23,024 nucleotides of DNA from Candidatus Undinarchaeota archaeon (GTDB taxonomy: Archaea; SpSt-1190). Positions within the stretch are counted from its first letter, which is position 1. The number at the start of each line of letters is the position of its first letter. The notes below the pieces were generated by a model. That model did no database searches. It was not told where the DNA came from and saw only the letters and a list, made by a program, of their open reading frames with translations. Below are positions 1-8,473 of the stretch, piece after piece. Position numbers and translations under genes: made by a program. The stretch covers positions 1 to 23,024 of the forward strand of contig CAZJUS010000011.1 in the NCBI GenBank assembly GCA_964549355.1, read 5' to 3'.

Positions 1-3000
1 GCAGACTCCGACCAAAACGACTGCGAGAACATGGGCAACACCTGGACAGGACACGAATGCTGTGGCAATATAGCGGACACTGATGGGGACGACAGCGATT
101 CATATGTAACAGGGGATGAACCCTCGGACAACTACCTCGACGGCAACTGGGGTTGCTGGGACGGCGTCGCCCATGAGTGCACGTCGGCCAGCTGCTTCGG
201 CCTGGACTTGGACGACAGCGGAGTGAATGACACTTGGTGCACCTCGCAGGGGTGGGAGGGGATAGTGTACTCCGGTGATGTCTGCGAGGATGCCTGCAGT
301 GCAGCGGGGGGCGCGTGGGGCACCTACTGGCTTGAATCAAGCTCAAGCACCTACTGCTGCGGGGACGACTACGGGGAGGGAGCATGCGACGCGCTGAATA
401 CGGGATGCACCGACACCGGCAACGACATGTGCTGTGTCAATGACGCGTGCGGCTGGTATGAAAACAGCGCATACGCCTGCATTCCGGAAAATTCAGAATG
501 CGATGAATATTTCTGCGGGGACGGGGACTGGAAGTACTGCACTACCGGAGGGGCGTACTACTGCAGCAAAGCTGATACAGACAATGACGGGTATTACGAC
601 ATCTTCTGCAATAATTATACAGGAGCATGGGGCACCCCTAATGAAACTGTGGATATCTGCCCGTACGCCTGCAACCAGACAGGCGGCATGTATACAGACT
701 GGACGAATGTGAACCAGGAGGAATTCTGCTGCAACCCCAACCAGCCGTGGGAGACCTGGTGCGGAGGTACATACCCCAATGTGGTCAAGTGCGAGAGTGG
801 CTCTGCCATAGATTGTGATGATTGGTGCGATAACAGCGGAGATTCAGGCGCCCAGGTTGAAGAAGATTCATATACTTGCAGCATCCTGCCGGGGAATGAA
901 GGTGACTGTGTTTCCGACCAATGCACCGCAGGAGGTGCTTGCAACTGCAAAAAATTCAGAGGAATTGCATGCACCAACGACGCTGCCTGCTGGAGCGGGG
1001 ACTGCATGAACTTCACCCACGGGGCAGGGGAATCTGTTGTCTTCGATATTCCAAGTTCGCCGGGGGGCTCAAACGGCATCTGCTGTGATATTGGGGAATG
1101 TCCGTATGACAGCGACGGTGACGGGGTCATCGATGCATGTGCAGCCAACACTTCGGCCGGTTATGATGCGGACTACGACGGGGACCCGGACTACTGCCTG
1201 GACAGTGTGTGGTATGAATGTGAAACTTACAGCTGCACTTCTGCGGGAGACTGCGGATGTGCAGGCATCAACAACATCCCCGGCGCCTGCGGTTTCTATG
1301 AAGGCACTGCCGGCATATACTCCACAGGCAACGGCTTCTGCTTCGGCATAAACGACACCTCGATAGACCCCAAGTCTGCATTCACCTGCGGTATGCCCTG
1401 CGACCTGGACAACAATCTTGGAACGCGGGAATATGTCAACGGGACGGGTTCGTGTGCGCGCGGGGGCGGGGGCTGCCAGGACATCTTCAAGTATATTGAA
1501 TGGGTAGGAAACACCTCCGACCTGAAACTGAACCAAAGCTCGGACTGCATGTGCGACAGCACCCTCAACTGCAGGCTCCGCGTCTTCAACAGCGGGCAGG
1601 TGGTGGACACCCGCAGTCTGAGTTTTACGGAAGGCGCAAGCGTGGAAGATTTGGGGGCGCTCAATTTCAGCACCGGGACAAATACGCTGGCCCTTGAATG
1701 CGCATGCGGGGACTTTTCGACCGGCATCCCCCATGGATGCGAAACCAACCTGACTGATGTGAATTACCAGATAACCACGACTGTTGCGTCGGACAGCTTC
1801 TACTGCAACAGGCCGGGCTGGCTGAATGTCACTGTAAAAAACACAGGCAACCTTGAGATTGCAAACCTCACCATAAACGGCTCCATCATCGACGGCACAA
1901 GCCTGGGCTTCAGCAACTACACCTACCATTTCATGCCCGGAGACACATACACCAAGAACTTCTACTTTTCAGACATCGCCTGCAGCATGTTCAAGCACAC
2001 CAACGAAACCGGCCAGAACTTCACAGCCCTTGTCCAGAATGTGAGTGTGTGGAGCGACTCCGGTCTGATCATGTACACCACAAAGCAGGGGAGGAACTAC
2101 CAGTGTATTGACACGAACGACTGCGAGGCCTGCTGTCTGAACGGCGGAAAGAACTGCTGGACCAGCGGCACTGCGGGGAACTACACGTGTTCAAGCGGAG
2201 TGTGCTGTGAAACAGGCGATCATTTTGAAAACGGGGCCTGCTGTGACTCGGGATTCGAGTGTTGCCTGCGGGACATTACCTGCGAAACCGGCGAATGGTG
2301 CATAAACCAAAGCGCATACTCATCCTACGGCAGGACATTCACATGTGCAGGCAAAAGGAGCAACGGCTTATCCTGTGCGGAAAGCAGGATGTGCTCCTCC
2401 GAAAACTGTGAAGACTCAAAAGATGCAGGCACGTCATTCTGCTGCGACCAGTATGTGACTGTAGGCGATGTGTCGAATGAATGCCACTCAACTTCGTCCG
2501 ATATCTGCAGTTCATCAACATGTTGCGCGTCGGACTCCAACTGCGCGGCAGGCAGCTGGTGCAGCCCCAACGGCAAGAGATGCGTCTCCTGCGTCGATTC
2601 GGGGGATGAAGGCTTCTTCAATGGGTACTGCGCTAGCAGTGCGTGCACATACTCGGGCGCCGGCACCAACTACGATGCCGACTGCTGCAGTGGGAGTGAT
2701 AACGACTGCATAAACGCCGACAAATTATCGGGGGTCGACCACTACTGCGAAAACACCACAGACACATGCACTGCATGTTCAAAAATCCTTGATTATTACT
2801 GCCCAAGCATGAAATGCTACGAGGCAGGTGTTGCAAACGGAGACCCGGACTGCTGCCAGTCCGACTCGGACTGCATGACGGGGTCGACCTGCAGTGGAAA
2901 CCGCTGCATTCCAAAGGCAATAGGCAAGTACTGCAAGAGTGCCGATGACTGCGGTTCCGGGAGCTTCAACTGCATCGACAACAGATGCGTGCTGTCCAAC

Positions 3001-3414
3001 TTTGTGACTGCAAGCCCAACGAATATAGAGCTCAGCGTGGGGCAGATGAGAAAAGTAGGCGTTGTCGTAATAGACCCGCAAATGAAAGAAGATAGATACC
3101 TTCTGCGTTTATCGGGCACCTGCTCAATGTTCGCTTCACTCCCTGAGGGAAAAACAGCAGACTTTTCACTTTCTCCGGGAGGCGTCCAGAAGTTCACTCT
3201 GCTTGTATACGGCGGGAGACAGGAATCCAGCTGCCCTATCAAATTAATCACAACAAGCTATACGACCCCGGAGGTAAGCTATGAAAAGACACTTACCGTT
3301 ACAGTGAATGCAGGGGGAGGGCAGGGAATTGACAAGGCGCCGGGGATTTCGACCCTCGGTGCATTCATTACTTTAATGATCGGTGGAATGATATTTTGGA
3401 CGGCGAGAGATTAG
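1..3414 (+). CDS. Giant Cys/Asp-rich cell-surface protein (5'-truncated by window edge) with DxDxDG Ca-binding-like loops, Ig/CARDB-like domains and a C-terminal PG-TM anchor
   Basis: Frame is open from base 1 (ADSDQNDCEN precedes the ATG at 31), so the gene probably starts upstream. About 110 Cys in 1127 aa by manual count. DTDGDD, DTDNDG, DSDGDG and DADYDG loops; many N-x-S/T sequons; LNVTVKNTGN Ig-like strand; ends APGISTLGAFITLMIGGMIFWTARD. Confidence 0.85.
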   Translation, partial: ADSDQNDCENMGNTWTGHECCGNIADTDGDDSDSYVTGDEPSDNYLDGNWGCWDGVAHECTSASCFGLDLDDSGVNDTWCTSQGWEGIVYSGDVCEDACSAAGGAWGTYWLESSSSTYCCGDDYGEGACDALNTGCTDTGNDMCCVNDACGWYENSAYACIPENSECDEYFCGDGDWKYCTTGGAYYCSKADTDNDGYYDIFCNNYTGAWGTPNETVDICPYACNQTGGMYTDWTNVNQEEFCCNPNQPWETWCGGTYPNVVKCESGSAIDCDDWCDNSGDSGAQVEEDSYTCSILPGNEGDCVSDQCTAGGACNCKKFRGIACTNDAACWSGDCMNFTHGAGESVVFDIPSSPGGSNGICCDIGECPYDSDGDGVIDACAANTSAGYDADYDGDPDYCLDSVWYECETYSCTSAGDCGCAGINNIPGACGFYEGTAGIYSTGNGFCFGINDTSIDPKSAFTCGMPCDLDNNLGTREYVNGTGSCARGGGGCQDIFKYIEWVGNTSDLKLNQSSDCMCDSTLNCRLRVFNSGQVVDTRSLSFTEGASVEDLGALNFSTGTNTLALECACGDFSTGIPHGCETNLTDVNYQITTTVASDSFYCNRPGWLNVTVKNTGNLEIANLTINGSIIDGTSLGFSNYTYHFMPGDTYTKNFYFSDIACSMFKHTNETGQNFTALVQNVSVWSDSGLIMYTTKQGRNYQCIDTNDCEACCLNGGKNCWTSGTAGNYTCSSGVCCETGDHFENGACCDSGFECCLRDITCETGEWCINQSAYSSYGRTFTCAGKRSNGLSCAESRMCSSENCEDSKDAGTSFCCDQYVTVGDVSNECHSTSSDICSSSTCCASDSNCAAGSWCSPNGKRCVSCVDSGDEGFFNGYCASSACTYSGAGTNYDADCCSGSDNDCINADKLSGVDHYCENTTDTCTACSKILDYYCPSMKCYEAGVANGDPDCCQSDSDCMTGSTCSGNRCIPKAIGKYCKSADDCGSGSFNCIDNRCVLSNFVTASPTNIELSVGQMRKVGVVVIDPQMKEDRYLLRLSGTCSMFASLPEGKTADFSLSPGGVQKFTLLVYGGRQESSCPIKLITTSYTTPEVSYEKTLTVTVNAGGGQGIDKAPGISTLGAFITLMIGGMIFWTARD

Positions 3415-3953
3415 TGAAAACTGCCCGAAAAATTATTGAGGATTACCTTAGTGGCAGGAAAACGCCAAAGGTTGGAATAGATGGAAACGGCGGTGTCTTT
3501 GTCACGCTCAAAAAACAGGGAGAATTGAGGGGTTGCATAGGCATTCCAGCACCAGGCCCTTTAAGTGAACGGTTGAAGGAGGCGGCACAGGGGGTTACAA
3601 GAGACCCCCGGTTCCCTCCGCTTGAACTTTCTGAAATGCAGGACACCACAGTTGAGGTCAGCGTCCTGACGAAGCCGAAACCCGTTGAAGACCCGAAAAA
3701 GGTCGTCGTCGGAAAAGACGGCATAATAATGCGCAGGGGCTTCAACTCAGGTCTCCTGCTCCCCCAAGTCCCGGTTGAGCAGGGCTGGACTTTGGAAGAA
3801 TATCTGGATTACGGTTGCCTGAAAGCAGGTCTGCCTCCCGAAGCTTGGAAAGACGGCACCGCACAGATTTTTACATTTCAGGCAAAGGTGTTTAAAGAAA
3901 TAGAACCAAACGGAGAAGTGGTTGAAATTCATCAGGAAACGAAAGGTGAATAA
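3396..3953 (+). CDS. AMMECR1 domain-containing protein
   Basis: Motifs GVFVTL, ELRGCIG, DPRFP, EVSVLT, GLLLPQV, CLKAG. TTG start overlapping the upstream gene, with GGTGG upstream. Confidence 0.93.
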   Translation: MDGERLVKTARKIIEDYLSGRKTPKVGIDGNGGVFVTLKKQGELRGCIGIPAPGPLSERLKEAAQGVTRDPRFPPLELSEMQDTTVEVSVLTKPKPVEDPKKVVVGKDGIIMRRGFNSGLLLPQVPVEQGWTLEEYLDYGCLKAGLPPEAWKDGTAQIFTFQAKVFKEIEPNGEVVEIHQETKGE

Positions 3954-4403
3954 ATGCAATGCGAAATTTGCGGAGAACGACATGCAACTGTGGATGTTGA
4001 AATTGATGGGACCAAATTCAAAGTCTGTGAAAACTGCAGCCGATTTGGCACGGTAATTCACAAACAGCAACCAGTGGTGCGGGGGGCACATCAAGAAATT
4101 CCCGTTCGCGAACATTATGAGGAAGACATCCTTCCGGACTTTGCAGAGAAAATAAGAAATGTCCGGGAAAAATTGGGGCTTTCAAGAAAAGAATTTGCGC
4201 AAAAAGTGAATGAACGGGTTGGAGTTATTGAACAGATTGAGAGTGGCAGGAGGCTGCCCAACATCAAGGTTGCAAAAAAAATTGAGAAGCAATTCAACAT
4301 AAGGCTTCTTGGAACTGTGGTTGAACCTGAAACAAAGACACTTTCCCTGCCTGTAACAACTCTGGGAGACCGGGTTGTGATAAAGGAGAAAGCTCAGAAA
4401 TAG
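3954..4403 (+). CDS. mbf1: Archaeal multiprotein bridging factor 1 (Zn ribbon + HTH)
   Basis: CEICG...VCENCSRFG zinc ribbon, Cro-type HTH (IRNVREKLGLSRKEFAQKVNE...IESG), C-terminal TLGD motif; AGGTGA RBS. Confidence 0.93.
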   Translation: MQCEICGERHATVDVEIDGTKFKVCENCSRFGTVIHKQQPVVRGAHQEIPVREHYEEDILPDFAEKIRNVREKLGLSRKEFAQKVNERVGVIEQIESGRRLPNIKVAKKIEKQFNIRLLGTVVEPETKTLSLPVTTLGDRVVIKEKAQK

Positions 4404-4545
4404 CCTCGCTGAATTCTTCTGATTTTTCTTCGGCCTTGCTTTTCATCGGATTCCAAACGCCCCCCCAATATTTGATAACCTGCGATGCTGCAAGAAGAAC
4501 AATGGCCGCAATGACCAACCATTCAATGGATGTCAACCCCCGCAT
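4294..4545 (-). CDS. Small pilin-like protein with class III signal peptide
   Basis: From the ATG at 4545: MRG|LTSIEWLVIAAIVLLAA (basic-Gly cleavage site, Glu at +5, hydrophobic helix). Last gene of the ATPase/platform cluster; its 3' end overlaps mbf1 convergently. Confidence 0.7.
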   Translation of the reverse strand: MRGLTSIEWLVIAAIVLLAASQVIKYWGGVWNPMKSKAEEKSEEFSEAISELSPLSQPGLPELLQAGKVSLFQVQPQFQEALC

Positions 4546-4573
4546 GCAATTCTTTGCAGCGGAAATTAAAAAC

Positions 4574-5221
4574 CTATGCGAAGCGGGATGCAAAATAAAA
4601 AGCGGCAATCACCAAAGGAGGCAGGAACGAAAAACTTTCAAAGAACCTCCCGGAGATAAAAAACAACCAGAGGGCAGACAAACATGATTGAGCGACCGCA
4701 TAGTAGAGGAGCAGGGGCGATGCGGTGATGGTGTTGACGATGCCCAAAATCGCTCCGGAAGTTATTGAAGTCAGAATCAGAGTGTATTTCTCACCGGATA
4801 TCAAGCCCTGCAATTCCGACTCAAGGGCTTCAGACTTTATGGCATTCTCAGTTGCTTTGGCAAGTGCTTCAGGACTTCCGCTTTTCAAAGCTGAGCGGAG
4901 CGCCACTGCCAGGTTCCTGCTCCTCCGCCCATAGTTTGGAAACTGAAGTCTGCCCGTCCTCTCAAAAAGCCTCCCAACAAAAGCGTAGCCTTCAAATTTT
5001 GAAACCAAACTTGCAATTTTTGACTCATTCAAATCCGAAATCGAAGCCACATGCAGGAGGATTTTAGTGGCAGTCTTGTCATATTTTGCTCTCCGGAACT
5101 CGGAGATGTAGTAGGGAACCACAGCAAGCAACGCAGCCAAAACAATCAAGGGAAGTTTGAATTCGGGCAGGACGAATGCCAAAACCAGGACCACCAAAGG
5201 AGTTATGCCGTTAATTTCCAT
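4574..5221 (-). CDS. Membrane protein, degenerate TadB/TadC (T2SS-F-like) pilus platform
   Basis: Two N-terminal TMs, a soluble helical region (ALRSALKSGS), three C-terminal TMs; overlaps and follows the T2SS-F-like gene. Confidence 0.6.
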   Translation of the reverse strand: MEINGITPLVVLVLAFVLPEFKLPLIVLAALLAVVPYYISEFRRAKYDKTATKILLHVASISDLNESKIASLVSKFEGYAFVGRLFERTGRLQFPNYGRRSRNLAVALRSALKSGSPEALAKATENAIKSEALESELQGLISGEKYTLILTSITSGAILGIVNTITASPLLLYYAVAQSCLSALWLFFISGRFFESFSFLPPLVIAAFYFASRFA

Positions 5222-5868
5222 GCCACCACCAAGACTGATGAGAGTGCAAAGGCGACGCCCAGCACTTGGGTTGTGTTCCCAAAAACTATGGACATTGCAG
5301 ACCCGACCGCAGGAAGCACTGTCGATACGACAACATATGAAGTCACAAAGATTTGGAGCCGTGCATTCCTTTTTCGGAAGAATTCGAGATTTTTAGCCTC
5401 CGTTTTTTCAGCCATCTTCTCAAGCACATTGCTGCCTTTGCCTGTCCGATAGATATGAAGCAGGATATCTGCAACCTCTTCCAATTCTTCAGAAATTCGA
5501 AAACTTTTCAAAGCGGATTCAAAACTTTTGCCGGATGAATATCCCTTCCAAAAATGTCCACAAATATCTTTCATTGCTCCATATCCGGCTTTGTGAACGG
5601 CGTCCGCAAGGGGGTATATTGACATCATCCACGAAAGTGAATTCAAAAAAACCGGGAGGTCCTGCAGTATGCTGTTTTTCCTTTCCTTGTACATGTACCC
5701 CAAAAAAATGCTGGGGAGCCTCAAAACGAATAAAAGCGACAAGAAAAACGGCAGGAGCCCTAAGGGCAGTATAAACAAAGGCAGGACCAAAGTAGGATAA
5801 AACCATTTTTCATATTTTTCAGGAATCCCTGCCAGCTCAAATTTTTTTGAGAGGTCGCCGTAAATCAT
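5203..5868 (-). CDS. TadB/TadC (T2SS-F domain) pilus platform protein, short
   Basis: ERKNSILQDLPVFLNSLS...GKSFESAL...IYRTGKG..VLEKMAE pattern typical of the T2SS-F domain; flanking TMs; ATGA overlap with the ATPase gene. Confidence 0.75.
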   Translation of the reverse strand: MIYGDLSKKFELAGIPEKYEKWFYPTLVLPLFILPLGLLPFFLSLLFVLRLPSIFLGYMYKERKNSILQDLPVFLNSLSWMMSIYPLADAVHKAGYGAMKDICGHFWKGYSSGKSFESALKSFRISEELEEVADILLHIYRTGKGSNVLEKMAEKTEAKNLEFFRKRNARLQIFVTSYVVVSTVLPAVGSAMSIVFGNTTQVLGVAFALSSVLVVAWKLTA

Positions 5869-7109
5869 GCCATTGCCTCCTGGAACTTTTCAAAGAGGCT
5901 TTTGTCTCCTCCGGCAAGGCCTTTCAGTATCTGCTCCCTTCGGTCCATCTCGGCCCTCCAGTCGCCGAAGACACGGGCCAGCTCCGGGATGCGGAGGGTC
6001 TTCCGCCCGAACAAAACAGGCCTGCGGTGGAAGACCAAATCCACCAGCTTCCGGCAGGCCTTCCCTTTCCTCTCCGACCGTCTGCATATGACCCACAAAT
6101 CCACTGCATCAGAATCATAGCTGCTGAAGCCTTGTGCAGTCAGCCTTTTTTCGGCGTGGGCAAAACTCTGGGCATGGTATGTAAAATAAGTGCCCAAAGC
6201 CTGCCCCGCGAGGCATGATTCGCGCAGGGCCATCACCTCCTCATCGCTTCGGACTTCCCCGATGACCACCCTGCCCGGACGGAGGCGGAGCGAATCAATG
6301 ATGGCGTCCCTCAAGCTTATCCCCAGCGGTTCAACTGAAACCAAGTGGACCGTCTGCTCCTGCAGGGGCCGGACCTCCGGCACCTCTTCAACCAGGACCA
6401 CCCTCTCCTTGAAAGGCAGGAACCTCGTGAGCGCATTCAGGAGTGTCGTCTTGCCGGAGCCGGTGTTGCCTGCAATCCCCACATTTATGTTGCCTGCCTC
6501 CATCACCAGCCACAAAAATGCAGCGGTCTTGAAGGAAAGCATCCCCAGCTCGACTAGGTCCACCATGGTAAGGGGGGATGCAGAGAACCTGCGGATGTCC
6601 AGGGTATGGCCCCGCGAATACGGGGGGATTATGACAGTGACTCTGTCCCCTGAAGGCAGCATGCCGTTGGCCCGGGGGTGCGCCTCATCCACCCGGCGGC
6701 CGAGATTGGAGAGCATGCGGTTGGCAAGCTCAAGGAAGTAAGACTCCTCCGATATTGCAAGCCCCGTCCTTACCATGCCCCTCTTCCTGTGGTAGATGAA
6801 GATTGGTCCGCCGATCCGGTTGACCATGACCTCCTCAATCTGCGAGTCGGCCAGGAGGGGCTCAAGAGGCCCCAGTCGCCCCCCAACAAGCAGAGGGGCC
6901 CAGAACCGGACTGAATCCTCAGAGAAATCCAGGTTTTTCTCGCGCCCCGCATGGATGAGCTTTCCAATCAGCTGGGGCTCCCCCCGCTTGCCGAACAGTT
7001 CAATGAAGCGGAGGAGGATGCGCTCTTCATCCGCACCAATCGGGGGCAGCGGGAACTCCGGGGACGGCCGGGATTCGAACCCGAGCATATAAATCTTATG
7101 CAGGCTCAT
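5865..7109 (-). CDS. CpaF/VirB11-family (type II/IV secretion, pilus assembly) ATPase
   Basis: LEPLLADSQIEEVMVN; Walker A GNTGSGKTT; VVLVEE Asp box; LRLRPGRVVIGEVR Walker B; TYHA His box. Exact start is uncertain. Confidence 0.93.
   Translation of the reverse strand: MSLHKIYMLGFESRPSPEFPLPPIGADEERILLRFIELFGKRGEPQLIGKLIHAGREKNLDFSEDSVRFWAPLLVGGRLGPLEPLLADSQIEEVMVNRIGGPIFIYHRKRGMVRTGLAISEESYFLELANRMLSNLGRRVDEAHPRANGMLPSGDRVTVIIPPYSRGHTLDIRRFSASPLTMVDLVELGMLSFKTAAFLWLVMEAGNINVGIAGNTGSGKTTLLNALTRFLPFKERVVLVEEVPEVRPLQEQTVHLVSVEPLGISLRDAIIDSLRLRPGRVVIGEVRSDEEVMALRESCLAGQALGTYFTYHAQSFAHAEKRLTAQGFSSYDSDAVDLWVICRRSERKGKACRKLVDLVFHRRPVLFGRKTLRIPELARVFGDWRAEMDRREQILKGLAGGDKSLFEKFQEAMA
7060..7084 (-). 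other. tRNA 3'-end-like fragment (T-arm plus acceptor 3' strand), not a complete tRNA
   Basis: Minus strand reads TCGGG-TTCGAAT-CCCGG-CCGTCCC-C: a 5-bp stem, canonical 7-nt T loop and a following 7 nt + discriminator. No D or anticodon arm upstream. Confidence 0.45.
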
Positions 7110-7122
7110 TAAATAACAAACC

Positions 7123-7983
7123 TCAGAGAGTCACCACTTTGACTTTCCCGTCCGCCACCAGCAGAGTGTGCTCAAACTGGCTCACTTTTCCGCCCCGGAT
7201 TTCAACCAGCCGGCTGTAGTTGTGGAGGGCCCCCTGCTTCACGAGCATGGGCAGGTACTGGGGCAGGGACACCCATCCTTTCGAGAAGGGGAGCGTGCCG
7301 AAGGCCTGGACCTCCTTCATCAGCCGGCGGAGCTGGGGCAGGCGCTGGGGATGGGGCTTGACGAGTCTGTAAATGGAAGATTGGGGCCCTTCTTTGATTT
7401 GGCCGGCCCCGTCAGTAGCGAAGGGCTCTATTGCAAACAGCCCCTCTCCGATGGGCTTGTCGCTCCTGCAGTCATAGTTGTATATGCTCAGCCCGCTGTG
7501 GAGATTCCACTGCTCCATGCTGTGGCCTGTCAGGTTGGTGATGGGCAGGAACCCTCTGCGCTTTATGGCGGTCTCGATGGCATTTCCAATCTCGCTGAGC
7601 GTTGCCTCCGGACCGCCGGAGACCACAACCTTGACGGCATCATCGAGCGCTTCCCTGGCAGCCTGCACCAGCTGCTCATTTTCCCCCAAATCGACAGTAA
7701 TGGAGTTGTCAACAGGCCATCCATCCAGATGAACACCAAAATCCACTTTCACCACGTCTCCTTCCTTGAAAGTTTCAGTGTTGGATTTTACGGGCCCAAA
7801 ATGGGCTGCAATTTCATTAACGCTCACATTCACTGGGAAAGCCGGCTTCATCCCGGCTTTTTCAATCTCACCTTCAATAAAAGCGACTACAGAATAGTAG
7901 GTCGCACCGGGTTTGACCAGGCCGGGAACCTCTGCTCTTATCCGGGAGGCCACCCTGCCTGCACGCTCGACTTCAGCGGACAT
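7123..7983 (-). CDS. map: Methionine aminopeptidase, type II
   Basis: AFPVN..VNEIAAH, KVDFGVHLDG..VD, LTGH...LHSG, AIEPF, SQFEHT metal-binding motifs plus the type II helical insertion. Start is ATG 7983 or TTG 7992. Confidence 0.96.
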   Translation of the reverse strand: MSAEVERAGRVASRIRAEVPGLVKPGATYYSVVAFIEGEIEKAGMKPAFPVNVSVNEIAAHFGPVKSNTETFKEGDVVKVDFGVHLDGWPVDNSITVDLGENEQLVQAAREALDDAVKVVVSGGPEATLSEIGNAIETAIKRRGFLPITNLTGHSMEQWNLHSGLSIYNYDCRSDKPIGEGLFAIEPFATDGAGQIKEGPQSSIYRLVKPHPQRLPQLRRLMKEVQAFGTLPFSKGWVSLPQYLPMLVKQGALHNYSRLVEIRGGKVSQFEHTLLVADGKVKVVTL

Positions 7984-8000
7984 AGACACCAAATACTATG

Positions 8001-8014
8001 GAAACCCCTAAATA
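8001..8014 (+). promoter_or_regulatory. Putative BRE/TATA promoter in the divergent map/CBS intergenic region
   Basis: GAAACCCCTAAATA about 22 nt upstream of ATG 8036; similar motifs at 10248 and 10960. Confidence 0.45.
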
Positions 8015-8035
8015 AGAGTGTATGCTTTTATCGTT

Positions 8036-8422
8036 ATGAAAGTCGCCGATATCGAATATAGGGATGAGTATGTCACAGTAGACCCTGCTGCAAAGGTCAA
8101 AGTGGTGGCGGGTAAAATTCTTGATGGGTTTCCGGCAATCATTGCAGCAATAGTGGTCAAAGCGGGGGAGCCTGTAGGCATTACATACCTGGACACCATA
8201 GTCCGGTCGTGCGTGGTCGGCAACAAGCCTGCGGGCAAGACCAAAATTGAAGATGTGATGGACAAGTCAATCCTCAAGGTCACCGATCAGGAAAGCATAG
8301 AAATTGTGAAGCAGAAAGTGGCGCAGTTTAAACCCCACGGCATCATAGTAATAGACACCAAAGGGGCCATCGAAGGCTTCATCAGTCCGAGGGACTGGGC
8401 AGTCATCATCGGCGCCAAATAA
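8036..8422 (+). CDS. CBS domain-containing protein
   Basis: MKVADI..., EPVGITYLDTIV, KIEDVMDK, IIVIDTKGAIEGFISPRD form a tandem CBS pair; start reassigned to ATG 8036. Confidence 0.85.
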   Translation: MKVADIEYRDEYVTVDPAAKVKVVAGKILDGFPAIIAAIVVKAGEPVGITYLDTIVRSCVVGNKPAGKTKIEDVMDKSILKVTDQESIEIVKQKVAQFKPHGIIVIDTKGAIEGFISPRDWAVIIGAK

Positions 8423-8424
8423 GC

Positions 8425-8447
8425 CCGCCCGCAGGGCGGTTTTCTTT
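8425..8447 (+). terminator. GC hairpin plus T-tract terminator after the CBS gene
   Basis: CCGCCC-GCA-GGGCGG followed by TTTTCTTT, just after the TAA stop. Confidence 0.6.
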
Positions 8448-8451
8448 ATGG

Positions 8452-8458
8452 TTTATAA
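8452..8458 (+). promoter_or_regulatory. Putative TATA box for the tsaC-cca fusion gene
   Basis: TTTATAA about 22 nt upstream of ATG 8480. Confidence 0.45.
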
Positions 8459-8473
8459 TGCCCGGAGGGATAG

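Noticed and set aside
1069..1929. 286-aa minus-strand ORF (and 615-1151, 1296-1748)
   Set aside because: Antisense shadows of the GC-rich giant protein gene; no recognisable motifs.
7060..7140. Complete tRNA gene
   Set aside because: Only the T-arm and acceptor 3' strand are present; the upstream sequence is AT-rich and cannot form D, anticodon or acceptor 5' arms.
7168..8061. 297-aa plus-strand ORF
   Set aside because: Antisense shadow of map, which has all catalytic motifs.
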